A stretch of 34,138 bases of DNA from contig NC_057754.1 of assembly GCF_004010195.1 (NCBI RefSeq), positions 4,905,609 through 4,939,746 on the forward strand. Direction: 5' to 3'. Positions 1-10,870 of this stretch are shown here, in pieces (positions within the stretch are counted from its first letter, which is position 1; the number at the start of each line of letters is the position of its first letter). Both the position numbers and the translations under genes were made by a program. The notes below the pieces were generated by a model. The model was not told the DNA's origin. It did no database searches and worked only from the letters and a program-made list of their open reading frames with translations. The stretch is from Chiloscyllium plagiosum. Lineage: Eukaryota.

Positions 1-435
1 CCTCACCTTTCCTGTTCCTAACCTCAGCCCAAACTACCTCAGATGGCAAGTCCTCATCCATCGTCCTTTCCACCACTGTAATATTATCTTTGACAAGCAA
101 TGCCACACCTCCCCCTCTTTTACCCCCCCCTCTGCCCCTACTCAAACATTTAAATCCTGGAACCTGCAACAGCCAGTCCTGTCCCTGTTCTAGCCATGTC
201 TCCGTAATAGCCACAACATCGAAGTCCCAGGTACCAACCCACGCTGCAAGTTCACCTACCTTATTTCGTATACTTCTTGCATTGGAGTATACACACTTCA
301 AGCCACTTTCCTGTTTACAGACACCCTCCTTGGAAATTGATGCCATGTTCCTAACCTCCCTACACTCCAGGCCCTGCACCCTGAAGCTACAATCTGGGTT
401 CCCATGCCCCTGCAGAGTTAGTTTAAACCCCCCCT
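1..435 (-). mobile_element. CR1 LINE, ORF1/ORF2 junction and APE endonuclease N-terminus (continues off the window)
   Basis: Minus strand reads LKCVYSNARSIRNKVGELAAWVGTWDFDVVAITETWLEQGQDWLLQVPGFKC..KRGGGVALLVKDNI, with APE motifs NARS, ITETW and GGGVA. It is preceded by ggggtttaaactaa, typical of a CR1 ORF1 end. Confidence 0.9.
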
Positions 436-439
436 GATC

Positions 440-1230
440 TCCCTACATTTGTCTTTGTTGTCCCTTGCAATAAATGATAGCCTTCTGATAGCTTCCCAAT
501 TACTTGTATCTGTATTTAAATCTTTTATGATTCATATACCAGGTCCCTTTGTATCTCAGAACTCTCAATTTTTCACCATTTAGGGAGTATGCATTTTTTT
601 CTCTTTTGCCAAAATGGACAGCTTGAGAATTTCCCACATTATACTCCATTTGTCAGATGTTTGCCCACTTATGGGCAAGTCCCCTTATGTCCACTTCACC
701 ATTTACTTCCAAAATGAGTCTTTGTATCAAAAGAAACCTTAACAGTCATATCTTTGATCCCTTCACCAAAGGTCTTAACATAAGTTGTAAGCATTTGAGG
801 CCTCGGCAGTGATCCCTGTGACCAACTGCTTGTTACAACTTAATATCTGGAGGAGGACTGATTTACGCCTTGTCTCTGTTTCCTGTTAGCTCACCAATTT
901 TCTGTCCATGCCAAAATGTTACCTCCACATCATGAGCATTTATTTTCTGCAATAGCATTTGTGCCACCTTATCAAATGCTTTCTGGAAATCTAGGTATAT
1001 CCACCAGTTTCTCTTTATTCACAGCACATGTCACTTCCTTAAAAATGTCCAATAGATTAGTTAAACATGATTTCTCTTTCACAAAACCATGTTGACTCTC
1101 CCTGATTAACTTGATCTTTTAAAATGCCTAACTGTATCATCTTTAACAATATCTTCTAATATCCTCCTTCTGACAGATGGTAAGGTAACTAACTGTCTTG
1201 TAGTTTCTGGCTTTGTCTCTCACTCTTCAA
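440..1230 (-). mobile_element. Decayed CR1 LINE, RT domain
   Basis: Minus-strand remnants IRESQHGFVK, YLDFQKAFDKVAH, a QGS..P motif and WANI*QMEYNVG. Confidence 0.85.
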
Positions 1231-1482
1231 GTAAAGTGTGAGACAGGTGGGGTCCCCATTTTATTAATTTAATATTAATCATATCAATTTTCGGCTGAGT
1301 GCACATGTGAATACTGTATCCATTTATATGGAATGAATTTGACATTTATTTTAATGAAGGAGTTGTTACGACGTCTGTGTGTAATGACCTTGCAGCAGAA
1401 TTTCATTCTGATTCAGTCTGAGCATGACTGAGGCATATTTGTGTTCACAAGGCCAGACTCGACTCTTGAGATCTGTAACAAC

Positions 1483-1585
1483 CAGTTCTGAAGAAGTGTC
1501 ACTGGACCCAAAATGTTAACACTGCTTTGTCTCCACAGATGCTGCCAGGCCTGTTGAGTTTTTCCAGCAATTTCTGTTTCTGTTG
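1483..1585 (+). mobile_element. Penelope-like terminal (pLTR) fragment with decayed hammerhead motif
   Basis: gtt-CTGAAGA-a-gtgtc actg gaccc-aaaa-tgtt-aac, followed by the conserved ctccacagatgctgcca..ccagcaatttctgttt tail shared with the copies at 19038 and 24010. Confidence 0.75.
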
Positions 1586-2173
1586 AATTGTATTCATAAA
1601 TGGCTTAAACTTTAACAATGCACAGTACAATACTTGAGATAGTTTAAAATGCACAGGACATAAAAATTAACATAAATTTTAAGTTTTGCTGTAACTGCAG
1701 ACTCCAAAGAAATCTTCAGAGGTTAGAAATAGGATAGTTTATACTGGTCCATTCTTAGGTGAAGGAGAATACTGTCTTTTTCCTCATTGCTTTCAGCAAA
1801 TTATGAAGCAACTTCATTTTTCATGATCGGCAATACAGTAATTGCTTTTCCACTTCTTAAGATTGAATATTTCAATGTTTTAACTAAACACTTTAATCAG
1901 ATAATCCTGTATGAAATTCTGGTTCTGTAAAGCCTTTCAGATGTGACAAGTTTTTGGACAAAACTGCATTGAGCATGGCCAGAAACATTTGATTTAAAGC
2001 TCTTAATGCCACCAGAGGGGCCACTCAGAGGATCTCTACATCAAGTCCTGTCCATGATAGGCTGAATGATCCCATGCAGTGCAGCAGTTGGGTGATTTTG
2101 AGCGCCAGATTCTGCTGCTGATTACTGTTCATTGACCCCTGTTGCAAAGTATGTCTATACTAATGATAATAAG

Positions 2174-2736
2174 GAGGTGCTGGTGTTGGACTGGGGTGGA
2201 CAAAGTAAAAAAAAAATCACAGAACACTAGGTTGTAGTCCAACAGGTTTATTTGGAAGTACTAGCTTTCAGAGCACTGCTCCTTAATCAGGTAGCTGTGG
2301 AGCAGGATCATAAGACACAGAATTTATAGCAAAAAATGACAGTGTCATGCAACTGAAACAATATATTGAACAAACCTAGATTGCTGTTAAGTCTTTCATC
2401 TTTTAGAATGGGTTGCAGGTTTTGGTTCATTAATATGTAAATCCCAGAACTTCTTTTAAGTCACATTCTCAAGATAACTTAAGATAACAAAAAAAATCTC
2501 AGCTCATAATTAATTAAAGGTGTGCGGTTAGAGTCTGTCTGTATCCCATTCTTGAGTCAGACTGGTTCTGTTTCCAAAGTAGGAATTTATAAAATGTTAA
2601 TGGATTGACTACCTGCAGATATGTGCTTTTTGAGCAAAATAGAATGTGTCTGCAAATACAATTTATAAATTCTTACTTTGGAAGTAGAACAAGCCTGACT
2701 CAAGTTTGGGATACGTACAGACTCTAACCTCACACC
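2174..2736 (-). mobile_element. Non-autonomous Penelope-like element with hammerhead motif and internal 75-bp inverted repeat
   Basis: Same terminus as the 6906, 7653 and 16378 elements (ggtgttggactggggt..aatcac..caacaggtttatttggaag). Minus-strand motif at 2259-2293: tac-CTGATTA-a-ggagc agt gctct-GAAA-gcta-gta. Inverted arms at 2519-2593 and 2662-2736. Confidence 0.75.
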
Positions 2737-2739
2737 AAT

Positions 2740-2908
2740 TCACCCTCACTTGCACATCTTTGGATTGTGGGAGGAAACCGGAGCAACCCCAAGGAGACAT
2801 GGGGAGAATGTGCAAACTCCATACAGACAGTCACCCGAGGCTGGAATCTAACCTGGGTCTCTGATGCCGTGAGGCAGCGGTGCTAACCACTGTGCCACCG
2901 TGCTGCCC
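2740..2908 (-). mobile_element. HE1-type V-SINE (tRNA-derived), 5' part
   Basis: Minus strand gggcagcacggtggcacagtggttagc (A box), ggttagattcc (B-box-like) and V-domain ggagtttgcacattctcccc..ccggtttcctcccacaatccaaagatgtgc. Confidence 0.88.
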
Positions 2909-4330
2909 TATCTTGAACAAGATGATATAGAAGATGAGCAAAACAAGGATGGAGTACAACTGAAATTCAAAAGCTATATATTTGAAGAAGGTGATGGATA
3001 CACATGAGCTTTAGACATCTACGCAGTATCTATTTCAGGAGGAGCCCAGTGAAGAGTTTAGTGGAGAGGAGGAGGTAGTATCTTGCAATTCAACTTCTCT
3101 TGAAGAAATACTTATAATGCAAAATCATCCATGAATGGAGCAGAGGGTGAAGATGATGAAAATCCAGCAAGCAGCAATGATTGGAATTGAAATTTGTGAA
3201 GAATGACATTCAGGGACATGGCTGCAAGAAGAAAATGGACAAGAGATGAAGGTAGGATGATATAGCATACTTAGAAAAGATAGAGTAGATGATAGTAAGG
3301 AAGACTTTGCATGTGAAAGTACCTAATATGACACCATCTTCAGTGGATTGGAGGAGCTGCGAATGACACTGGAGTAAGAAATGGACTTTGAAAATTTCAT
3401 TGATGCTTATCACAAAATCCAAACAATACATGAAGAAGAGAATATTGACGTTGGTACTACAGTGGAGGCTGGTGCAATTGCAACATTTAAAAGGCACCTG
3501 GATGAGTATACGAATAGGAAGGGTTTAGAGGGATGTAGGGCAAGTGCTGGTACATGGGACTAGAATAATTTACAAGATCTGGATGGCATGAATGAGTTGG
3601 ACTGAAGGGTCTGTTTCCATGCTGTATATCTCTATGACTCTCAGGCAGCTGGGTCCTCAGTTTGAGCAACTGTATTTCAAACTTCTCCATCTTTCCATTG
3701 CATATGAGACATATCAAGAAGACAGTGACAAATAATATCACCCATTTGTGACTGATCTGTTACAGATTTTTTTTAATATACGGGCATGTGCATATTTTGA
3801 AAATGCTAGAATTCTTGGATTCTGGTTGTATGGATACAAGTTCAGCTTCATGGAAGTTACAGTACTGTATATGAATGCACTTGATATACAGAACATGAAC
3901 ATGGTTTGATTTTTATCCCTTCTCCAAGATTATAATCTGTGTTATTTTCTTTCAAATTTTCCAAAGTCTGTCACCTTTTTGTATTTTTGGATCTAGCTGC
4001 TGATGAAGGATATGCATATTTATTAGAATTCTCTGGCCAAAGTGCTTCCTTCACAACCCCAGAATCGAGTTACAGTGTTGAAATGGAATGGATCATGAAA
4101 TGCTGTGGAATTCAAAATGTGTATATTTTCCATTTCCATTGCAAATGAGGATGTCCTGTTATGGAGGAATCCTTTTCTGAGTTTAATGCTGCAGAACACT
4201 AACCTGAAGATAGACTTTTACATTGTAATATAGGCACAATTTATTGTACAGTACTTCAAAGTACAAAGTTCATACAAATGTATTATATTTTCTAATGATT
4301 AGAAATAAAGCTTCACTTATACTACAAAAA
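2909..4330 (+). pseudogene. NEK1: NEK1 processed pseudogene (C-terminal coding region plus probable 3'UTR), interrupted by a CR1 fragment
   Basis: Manual translation gives LEQDDIEDEQNKDG..IFEEGD..HEL*TSTQYLFQEEPSEEFSGEEE..NGAEGEDDENPASS..EE*HS..YDTIFSGLEELRMTLE*EMDFENFIDAYHKIQTIHEEENIDVGTTV [CR1 3461-3641] RQLGPQFEQLYFKLLHLSIAYETYQEDSDK* (stop 3733-3735). This is collinear with the recalled human NEK1 tail (..[129 protein letters not shown]). It has stops, frameshifts and no introns. AATAAA at 4304-4309 is followed by an A5 remnant at 4326-4330. Confidence 0.88.
3461..3641 (+). mobile_element. CR1 (HER1-like) 3' end inserted in the NEK1 retrocopy
   Basis: VEAGAIATFKRHLDEYTNRKG end of ORF2 plus 3'UTR ending ctctatgactct; closely similar to 16060-16232. 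Confidence 0.9.
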
Positions 4331-5285
4331 TATAAGCTGTCAAAAACACCTCAACCATGAAACTCCTTGATGGAGATGGCACCAATCCAATTTCTGCTAG
4401 AGGTTGAGTGAGGTGTGGATTGAGAATTGGTTGTGCCAGAATTCAGTTTTATTAAACAGGGCCTTTTAAAAAATATCTGGTGGATGTGGTTGTGGATTTG
4501 TTGGAATTTTGCCTCACCTGCCTCTGAAATTTCCTGGGAATGAAGAGTTCATTAGTTCTGTTTATGCTCAGCAGGGTTTTGAATTTAAACCAGAATTCTG
4601 TTCAACCAGGTTTCTGCCCTGTTTACAACTTCAAATTCTGAACCTGTGGTAGGAGTGTTGTGTGCACTTTATGAATGCTTCATATGCCTGACAAATAACT
4701 TGTATATGAAAGAAAAACAACTTTTCTTAGAGAGCCTGAAGTAGTTCCTTTTTAAGGGTCACTGATTAGGCTTGTCAACATTGAATTACACAGCACTTAC
4801 AGCACAGAAATAGGCCATTTGCCACCCTTTAAACTCCACATGGGGCTTTCTCACTCTTGTTCATCTCATCCAGTGAGCAAAACCTTCTATTCGTTTCTCC
4901 TTAAGTTTCCCCTTAAATGCATTTAATTCTTGATATATTCCCCTGCCTTCCAAAATAATGCAGGGTGCATGGTTAGCATGCACAGAATATATTTTCTCCT
5001 TTTGTACATGAAATTTGCAGTTGCGGGCATTTGATAGGGTGAGGGTGTGGTGGTCTGCACAACTGTTACAGAGCTTGCTTTGCATTTTTGAGTAGTTGTC
5101 TGGTAGTTACAAGCACGAATGTTTGGCACCTATTTAAAGGCCCACCAGCAAACTACATCATACATAAGTAGGATGTCATTTAACAAAAGAAGCGTTTTAT
5201 GGGATAATGCAAGAAGTGTTATTTAGATTGAACATTTTCTCAGCAAGAACAAGTTTTACAGTATTGTTTCTGAAACTTTTAACAG

Positions 5286-5380
5286 GAGTCATGAAGAAGG
5301 GTTATACCCGAAACAGTGACTTCTCCACCTCCTGATGCAGCCTGGCTTGCTGTGTTCTTCCAGTCTCCTGCTTTTCTGTT
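5286..5380 (+). mobile_element. Penelope-like pLTR fragment with hammerhead motif
   Basis: agtc-ATGAAGA-a-gggt tat accc-GAAA-cagt-gact, then ctcctgatgcagcctggcttgctgtgttcttccag; same family as 22485-22613. Confidence 0.75.
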
Positions 5381-5614
5381 GTAAATTTTTAACAAGCAAT
5401 TTACTTGTAGTGGCTGAAGATGTAGCTGATGGGTTTGTGTGACCCTCCTGTCTACACTTACATTTGGAGATGTATGTCTTTTGGTAATGCTCTTGTATGA
5501 ACAGAAACCCAGTTCTTCTTCATGGAGGTGATATGAATTGCTGTTGCGCCACTTTATGAATGGAATCCAAAGAAAATGGAAATTTGGGGTTGTGACATAG
5601 GGAATGTTATCTAA

Positions 5615-5760
5615 ATCATTTCATTCTGGATGTTGGTGCCTCTGGTTAGGCCATCAACCAACACCTAGTGCTAATGTCCTTAAGAAGATGGTGGTGAGCA
5701 GTCCATTTGGTGTAGGTAGCCCAATGGTGCTGTTAGGAAGGGGACTTCAGAATTTAGACC
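5615..5760 (-). mobile_element. Decayed 3' end of a CR1/L2-group LINE
   Basis: aagatggtggtgagc..gtccatttggtgtaggta..gtgctgttaggaagg motif, similar to 26530-26585 and antisense to 28900-29150 and 30700-30930. Confidence 0.55.
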
Positions 5761-5869
5761 GTCAGGAAAGGTTTTCACAGATTCATAGTGTGAAATCCGT
5801 GCAAGAGATGTTATCACCTTTCCGAGTTCTGATACTGTTGTACCTGAATTTAACTGTTTCATTGATGTA

Positions 5870-6319
5870 AGTGGTTAGGAGGGCATACTTGGGGATATGA
5901 TCAACATGATACTCCCCAAGCAGGTGGTCTACTCCCAGCTTTGAAATGGAAGGCAAGCCCCAGGTGGACAGAGAAGCACTTCATTAATACCCTCAAGGCC
6001 TCACAGGCGAATTGTGGCATTCCCACAGACACCTCATTGGCCAAGACCATCTAAAGTGAAGGAGGAGCATTCTGGAAGAGCACTTTCTGACTTACCGTCA
6101 GGGAGAAGTGGAAGCCAGGCAAAAACAGTGTAAGGAGCACGCTTCCACATTACTACCCCATCCACCCCTTCCCATGACCACCTTCTGTCCCAAGTGTAAC
6201 AGAGCCTGCAGTAGCTGCATCGGTCTGTACAATCACCTGTGGACACACCCTCTTAGTGGAAGAGAGTCATCCTCATCTATGAGGGACTGCTGCTGCTGCT
6301 GTTGATGATGATGATGATG
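5870..6319 (+). mobile_element. RTE-clade LINE 3' end
   Basis: Remnants LPKQVVYSQL*NGRQAPGGQR, TLKAS, CGIPTDT and CPKCNRACSSCIGLYNHLWTH (C-terminal C2H2 motif typical of RTE ORFs), ending in a (ctg)n(gat)n microsatellite tail. Confidence 0.85.
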
Positions 6320-6905
6320 CTTGGAGAGGGTAATAGTGTACCAGACGGATATAAAACAAAATTGAGTAGATTTGGAAGCTGATGATCAAAATATATTAAA
6401 TGACATCATACTGCAATTGCATAATGCTCCAAACTAACTATATCGGGTTTGCCATTCACTGAAATATTAAAATGCTGGAATGCAGCAGAGAGATCCTAAG
6501 CAGCTGCCAAATGTCTGAGCCTCTCACCACAAAGAGAGCCTAAAAAGATGGTGTCGTTATTGTTTTAAAGGATAAAGCTGTGATTTTAAATTAGGTACCT
6601 GATGGTGAATGGTAGGATAAAAGTAAAACTGGAACTTGACTTCAAAGTAAACCTTGCCATTAGGATGAGACACAGGTCGAACTTCATATTGGATACTATT
6701 GGATTGACCAGTTCTGTTCCTCAGCACAAGACAAATCCAACTCAAAGGGCAAATTTGAAAATATATATTTGCTTTTTGGCTGACATCCTGGAACAGCATT
6801 TAACCCCATGTTCTATTTCGGCAAGCATACTATCCAGGTAACCAGGCATAATTGTCTGCATTTTCACTTTGAGCTCTTATCCGTTTGCTACCTTGATTTG
6901 CCTTG

Positions 6906-7103
6906 ATTTGGAGATGCTGATGTTGGACTGGGGTGTACAATGTTAAAAATCACACAACACCAGGTTAGAGTACAACAGGGTTATTTGGAAGCACCAGCTT
7001 TCGGAGCTCTGCTCCTTCACCTGATGAAGGAGCAGCGCTCCGAAAATTAGTGCTTCCAAATAAACCTGTTGGACTATAACCTGGTCTTGTGTAATTTTTA
7101 GCT
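6906..7103. mobile_element. Palindromic non-autonomous Penelope-like mini-element with hammerhead core and 13-bp TSD
   Basis: TSD ttgatttgccttg at 6893-6905 and 7104-7116. Inverted arms at ~6945-7019 and ~7025-7099. Plus-strand motif cac-CTGATGA-a-ggagc agc gctcc-GAAA-atta-gtg at 7018-7052. Confidence 0.85.
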
Positions 7104-7652
7104 TTGATTTGCCTTGCGCCTGAAACCCTTCACCATTTGGCTGTTACTGCTGTCATTTACCATGTGTTCTTTTCTTTTAATCACTTCACATTGGCACAAT
7201 CTTCAGTCATTGTGTTTTTGAACTCTGGAAATCTACTCCAAACACACTTATTCTTGTTAATTTTCTCCTGCCTCTTCAATCTTCTCCTTTTACTCCTGTT
7301 CACTGTCCCATTTTCATACTGTTGCATTACGTGTAAGTCCTGTATAACTATAAGTTGCTATGCTTTGGATTATATGTGCAATTATGTGAGATCTTGCTAT
7401 GTAGACAGTTGAATGGTTTGCACTATAGATATATACCCAATGACTCGTTAGAAGTTTTGAAATGTAAACTGTTGAAAAATACACAATGCACAAATTTAAT
7501 TTCTGCAACTATGCAGACATTTTATACCTGTTGAAAATCAGGCTCTTTTCCTTTCACTTGTGATGAAGTTAAATTGTTCAAATAACTTGTTTTTCTGTAG
7601 ACAAACTAAAATGCAGTTATACAGCATGCCAAGACATAGCCCTTTGGTACAA

Positions 7653-7830
7653 AATTAAAAATCACACAACACCAGGTTATAGTCCAACAGGTTTAATTGG
7701 AAGCACACTAGCTTTCGGAACGATGTTCCTTCATCAGGTAATAGTGGAGGGCTTGATCGTAACACAGAATTTATAGCAAACATTTACAGTGTGATGTAAC
7801 TGAAATTATACATTAAATAGTTGATTGATT
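7653..7830 (-). mobile_element. Non-autonomous Penelope-like mini-element with 13-bp TSD
   Basis: TSD ccctttggtacaa at 7640-7652 and 7831-7843; homologous to 2210-2370. Confidence 0.85.
7706..7740 (-). ncRNA. Minimal type I hammerhead ribozyme motif, intact core
   Basis: Minus strand UAC-CUGAUGA-A-GGAAC AUC GUUCC-GAAA-GCUA-GUG. Stem I is UAC/GUG, stem II is 5 bp and stem III is the palindrome AGCU. Confidence 0.75.
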
Positions 7831-8206
7831 CCCTTTGGTACAAGAATGGATTACTCAACTTGTTTACATTCTTAATGTTAATATGCTGATTTCACAATTT
7901 CTGGTTCGTTTTCTTTAGGCTGAGTTCACATATGTAAAAACTATGCCTATTATCGGACATACTATGATTCTTCATAAACTGTTGACATGCAGCTCACAAA
8001 CTACTTGTGCTGGCTTTAAAACTTTGACACAGCTAATAGGGCAGGACAGGATCAGAATCTCAGGTGCCAGCGGGATTTCCTAAAGAGACAAATGAGAATA
8101 AATGGGACTGAACAATGAAGAAGCTGAGAATATATGGTTAGAAAGTACTCACAGTATCGTATGGCAGGCCTGTAGTAAATAGCGATGAGCTCAAGTTATT
8201 TGGCAA

Positions 8207-8295
8207 GAGCTGAAGTGTTTGAAAAGCACAGCCAGTCAGGCAGCAACCGTGGAGCAGGAGAGTCGATGTTTTGGGCATAAGCCCTTCATCAGGAG
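8207..8295 (-). mobile_element. Penelope-like pLTR fragment with hammerhead motif (CpG-decayed)
   Basis: Minus strand tc-CTGATGA-a-gggc ttat gccc-aaaa-catc-ga..ctcctgctcc; same family as 21421 and 33925. Confidence 0.75.
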
Positions 8296-8300
8296 GGCAA

Positions 8301-8644
8301 GGGAAAGCTGGTGGCTCAGTGGTTAGCACTGCTTCCTCACAGCACGATGGACTGAAGTTCAGTTCCAGCTTCGGGGGACTGTCTGTGTGGGGTTTACATG
8401 TTCTCTCTGTGTCTGCAATGGTTTCCTCCAGTTTCTCCAGTTTCCTCCCACAGTCGAAAGATACGCAATTTAGGTAGGTTGGCTATGCTACATTGCCCAT
8501 TGGGTCCAGGGATTTGTATGCTAGGTGGATTAGCCATGGGAAATGCAGGGTTACAGGGATAGGGTAGGGTGATGGGTCTGGTGGGATACTCTTTGGAGGG
8601 GCTGAATGACCTGCTTCCACACTGTAGGGATTCTATGATACTCT
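8301..8644 (+). mobile_element. HE1-type V-SINE, near full length
   Basis: A box ggtggctcagtggttagc, V-domain, and a CR1-like tail ending cttccacactgtagggattctatga. Confidence 0.88.
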
Positions 8645-8991
8645 GGCACAAGGAAGCTGTCAGCATCCATACCAACTCTATGTAGCAAAATCCAGTCAAC
8701 CCATCTAATTTCATTTGTAGCAGGTTCCATGGAGACAGATTGTACACATTCTTCTAGAAAAATGTAGTTAATGTGAATGACTTTATATTTTAAAGTGATG
8801 GAATAAGTGGAACCATGTAAGCTCAAATTATTTTGAGACTTTGCCCTGGGAAGAAAGCTTGTTGGATGGAGATGGGGGATGGAGAAGTGCAAGTCCATTA
8901 AATCGACACTTCACCTACCATTGGACATCAGCTTAAGATTCACCGCGGCAACTTGCCAAATCTCCACCAACATCATCTTCCAAGCTTGCAA

Positions 8992-9860
8992 CATAGAAAC
9001 ATAGAGAAAAGTATAAAATATGAACAGAAGTAGGCCATTCAGCCCTTTGAGCCCAATCTGCCATTCATTATGATAATGGCTGATCATCTAACTCAATAGC
9101 TTGCTCCTCTTTCTACCACCTATCTTTTCATCCCTTTCATCCCAAGTGCTGTATTCAGTTCCTTCTTGAAATAATAGTGTTTTGTCTTTGACTGCTTCCC
9201 GTGGTAGCAAATGCCACAGGCTCCTACTCTCTGGGTGAAGAAATTACTTCTTACCTTAGTCCTAAATGGTTTACCCCATATCCTTAGACTGAGAGTTCTG
9301 GTTCCGAACTCCCCCACCATTCTTCCTGCATCTCCTTTCTAGTCCTGATAGAATTTTATTGGTTTTGTATAAGATCCTTCCTCAATCTTCTGAACTCCAG
9401 TGAACATAGTCCTAACCAATCCAATTTTCCCCCATACTCGGTTCTACCTTCCCAAGAGTCAGACTGGTAAACTTTTGCTGCACTCCCTCTATAAGAAGAA
9501 CATACTTCTTCTGATAAAGAGACCAATCATCATCCCCCTCATCATCTCTGCTATAACCTCGAAGAATCCAGTAGATTTGTTAAGCAAGATTTTCCTTTTA
9601 CAAATCCATGTTGACTATCTGATCCTGCCACCGTTTTGTAAATGCATGGCTATGAATTCTTTTATAATAAACTCTAGTATGTTTTCCCACCACCGACGTC
9701 AGGCTGACTGGTTTATAATTCCTGGTTTTCTGTCTGCTTCCTTTCTTAAATAGAGGGATTAAATTAGCTACCCTCCAATTTGTCGGAACTGTTCTGAAGT
9801 CCACAGAATCTTGGAAGATGACCATCAATGCATATTTCTAGGGCCGCTCCATTATGCGCT
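8992..9860 (-). mobile_element. CR1 LINE (RT start plus 3' end, internally deleted)
   Basis: Minus strand IFQDSVDFRTVPTNWRVANLIPLFKKGSRQKTRNYKPVSLTSVVGK and WGKPFRTKVRSNFFTQRV, with a catagaaa-type 3' tail at 8992. Confidence 0.9.
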
Positions 9861-10094
9861 TTGATGTTTCCTGGTTACTGCCAAGCAAAAGGAAGGAAAG
9901 AAAAATATCTGTTACCTTTGTGGATGCAGCAGCATAGTATGCATATATGGAAGTTGAGTGTGCAGTGACGTTTGATGTGTAACAATGATGCATGTTACAT
10001 TTGTTTTCTTTACAGTCTTAGGAGGTTGCTACTTTCCAAAGATGCAATTCCTTCAGTTACAGAATTAAATCCATACCCTATTCCTGTCCTAGTG

Positions 10095-10275
10095 ATTTGA
10101 GATGGAAAGCAAAGTCATTTGCACTGTTGGAAAAGGAGCAAAGAATTCTCCTGTGGCCTGGCTAATATTTCCCTCTAAATCAGTACCATTAAATTCAACT
10201 AGTTGTACATTTGTAACAAACATACTGAAATGACTTATGTTTGCTTGCAAAATAACAACTGGAATTTAAAATAGA
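10095..10275 (+). mobile_element. Decayed Deu-domain SINE fragment
   Basis: gcactgttggaaaaggagca..ttctcctgtggcctggctaatatttccctc resembles the Deu core also seen at 26620-26680. Confidence 0.5.
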
Positions 10276-10279
10276 CATT

Positions 10280-10546
10280 CTTAAGGTGAGAGGAGAAGAA
10301 TTTAAAGAACACCTGAGGGACATTTGTTTTATGCAGAGGGTGAATCACATGTGGAATGAACTCCTAAGGAAGTGGTGGATATAGGTTGAATCACAACTTT
10401 TAAAAGACATTTGGATAAGTACATGAATAGAAAGGTTTGAAGGGATATGAGCCTGGAGCAGGCAGCTGGGACTAGTTTAGTTTGGGATTATATTCAGCAT
10501 GGACTAGTTGGACCCAAGGGTCAGTTTCCTTGCTGTATGACTGTAT
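10280..10546 (+). mobile_element. CR1 3' end
   Basis: KVRGEEFKEHLRD..MQRV..WNEL..TFKRHLDKYMNRK plus 3'UTR ending ctgtatgactgtat. Confidence 0.88.
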
Positions 10547-10870
10547 ATGCACTGTGACACATTAGGGAGGGAGAAAGTTTCCTGACATTTTATTCCAGGT
10601 AGTGGTAATTATGAAGCCGTGAAAACAGAGCTTCCATGAAAGTCAGGGAGACAGAAAGCAGGAAGCACATAAGCCATATTAGCATCTGTCATTTGGAAAA
10701 TGTGGCCGGTGGCATTGTTAATTAATTATGGTATTAGTGTAATAGAAAAGTTCAGGAAGTCTTAAGATCATAAAGGAAAGTGAGATGTAAAAGCAGTTTG
10801 AATAGAGATTAAAAGTAACAAAGGTAAGAATCATTTGAGAGTAGTTAGCAGGTTCTCCAACAGTAACCAT

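Noticed and set aside
90..437. 115-aa proline-rich ORF
   Set aside because: It is the antisense shadow of the CR1 endonuclease reading frame.
3381..3563. 60-aa ORF as a functional gene
   Set aside because: It is a chance fusion of NEK1 pseudogene sequence and a CR1 ORF2 end, with in-frame stops just upstream.
8301..8375. tRNA gene (A/B boxes), also at 2840-2908 and 16825-16888
   Set aside because: These are SINE heads continuing into a V-domain and LINE-like tail, with no intact cloverleaf.
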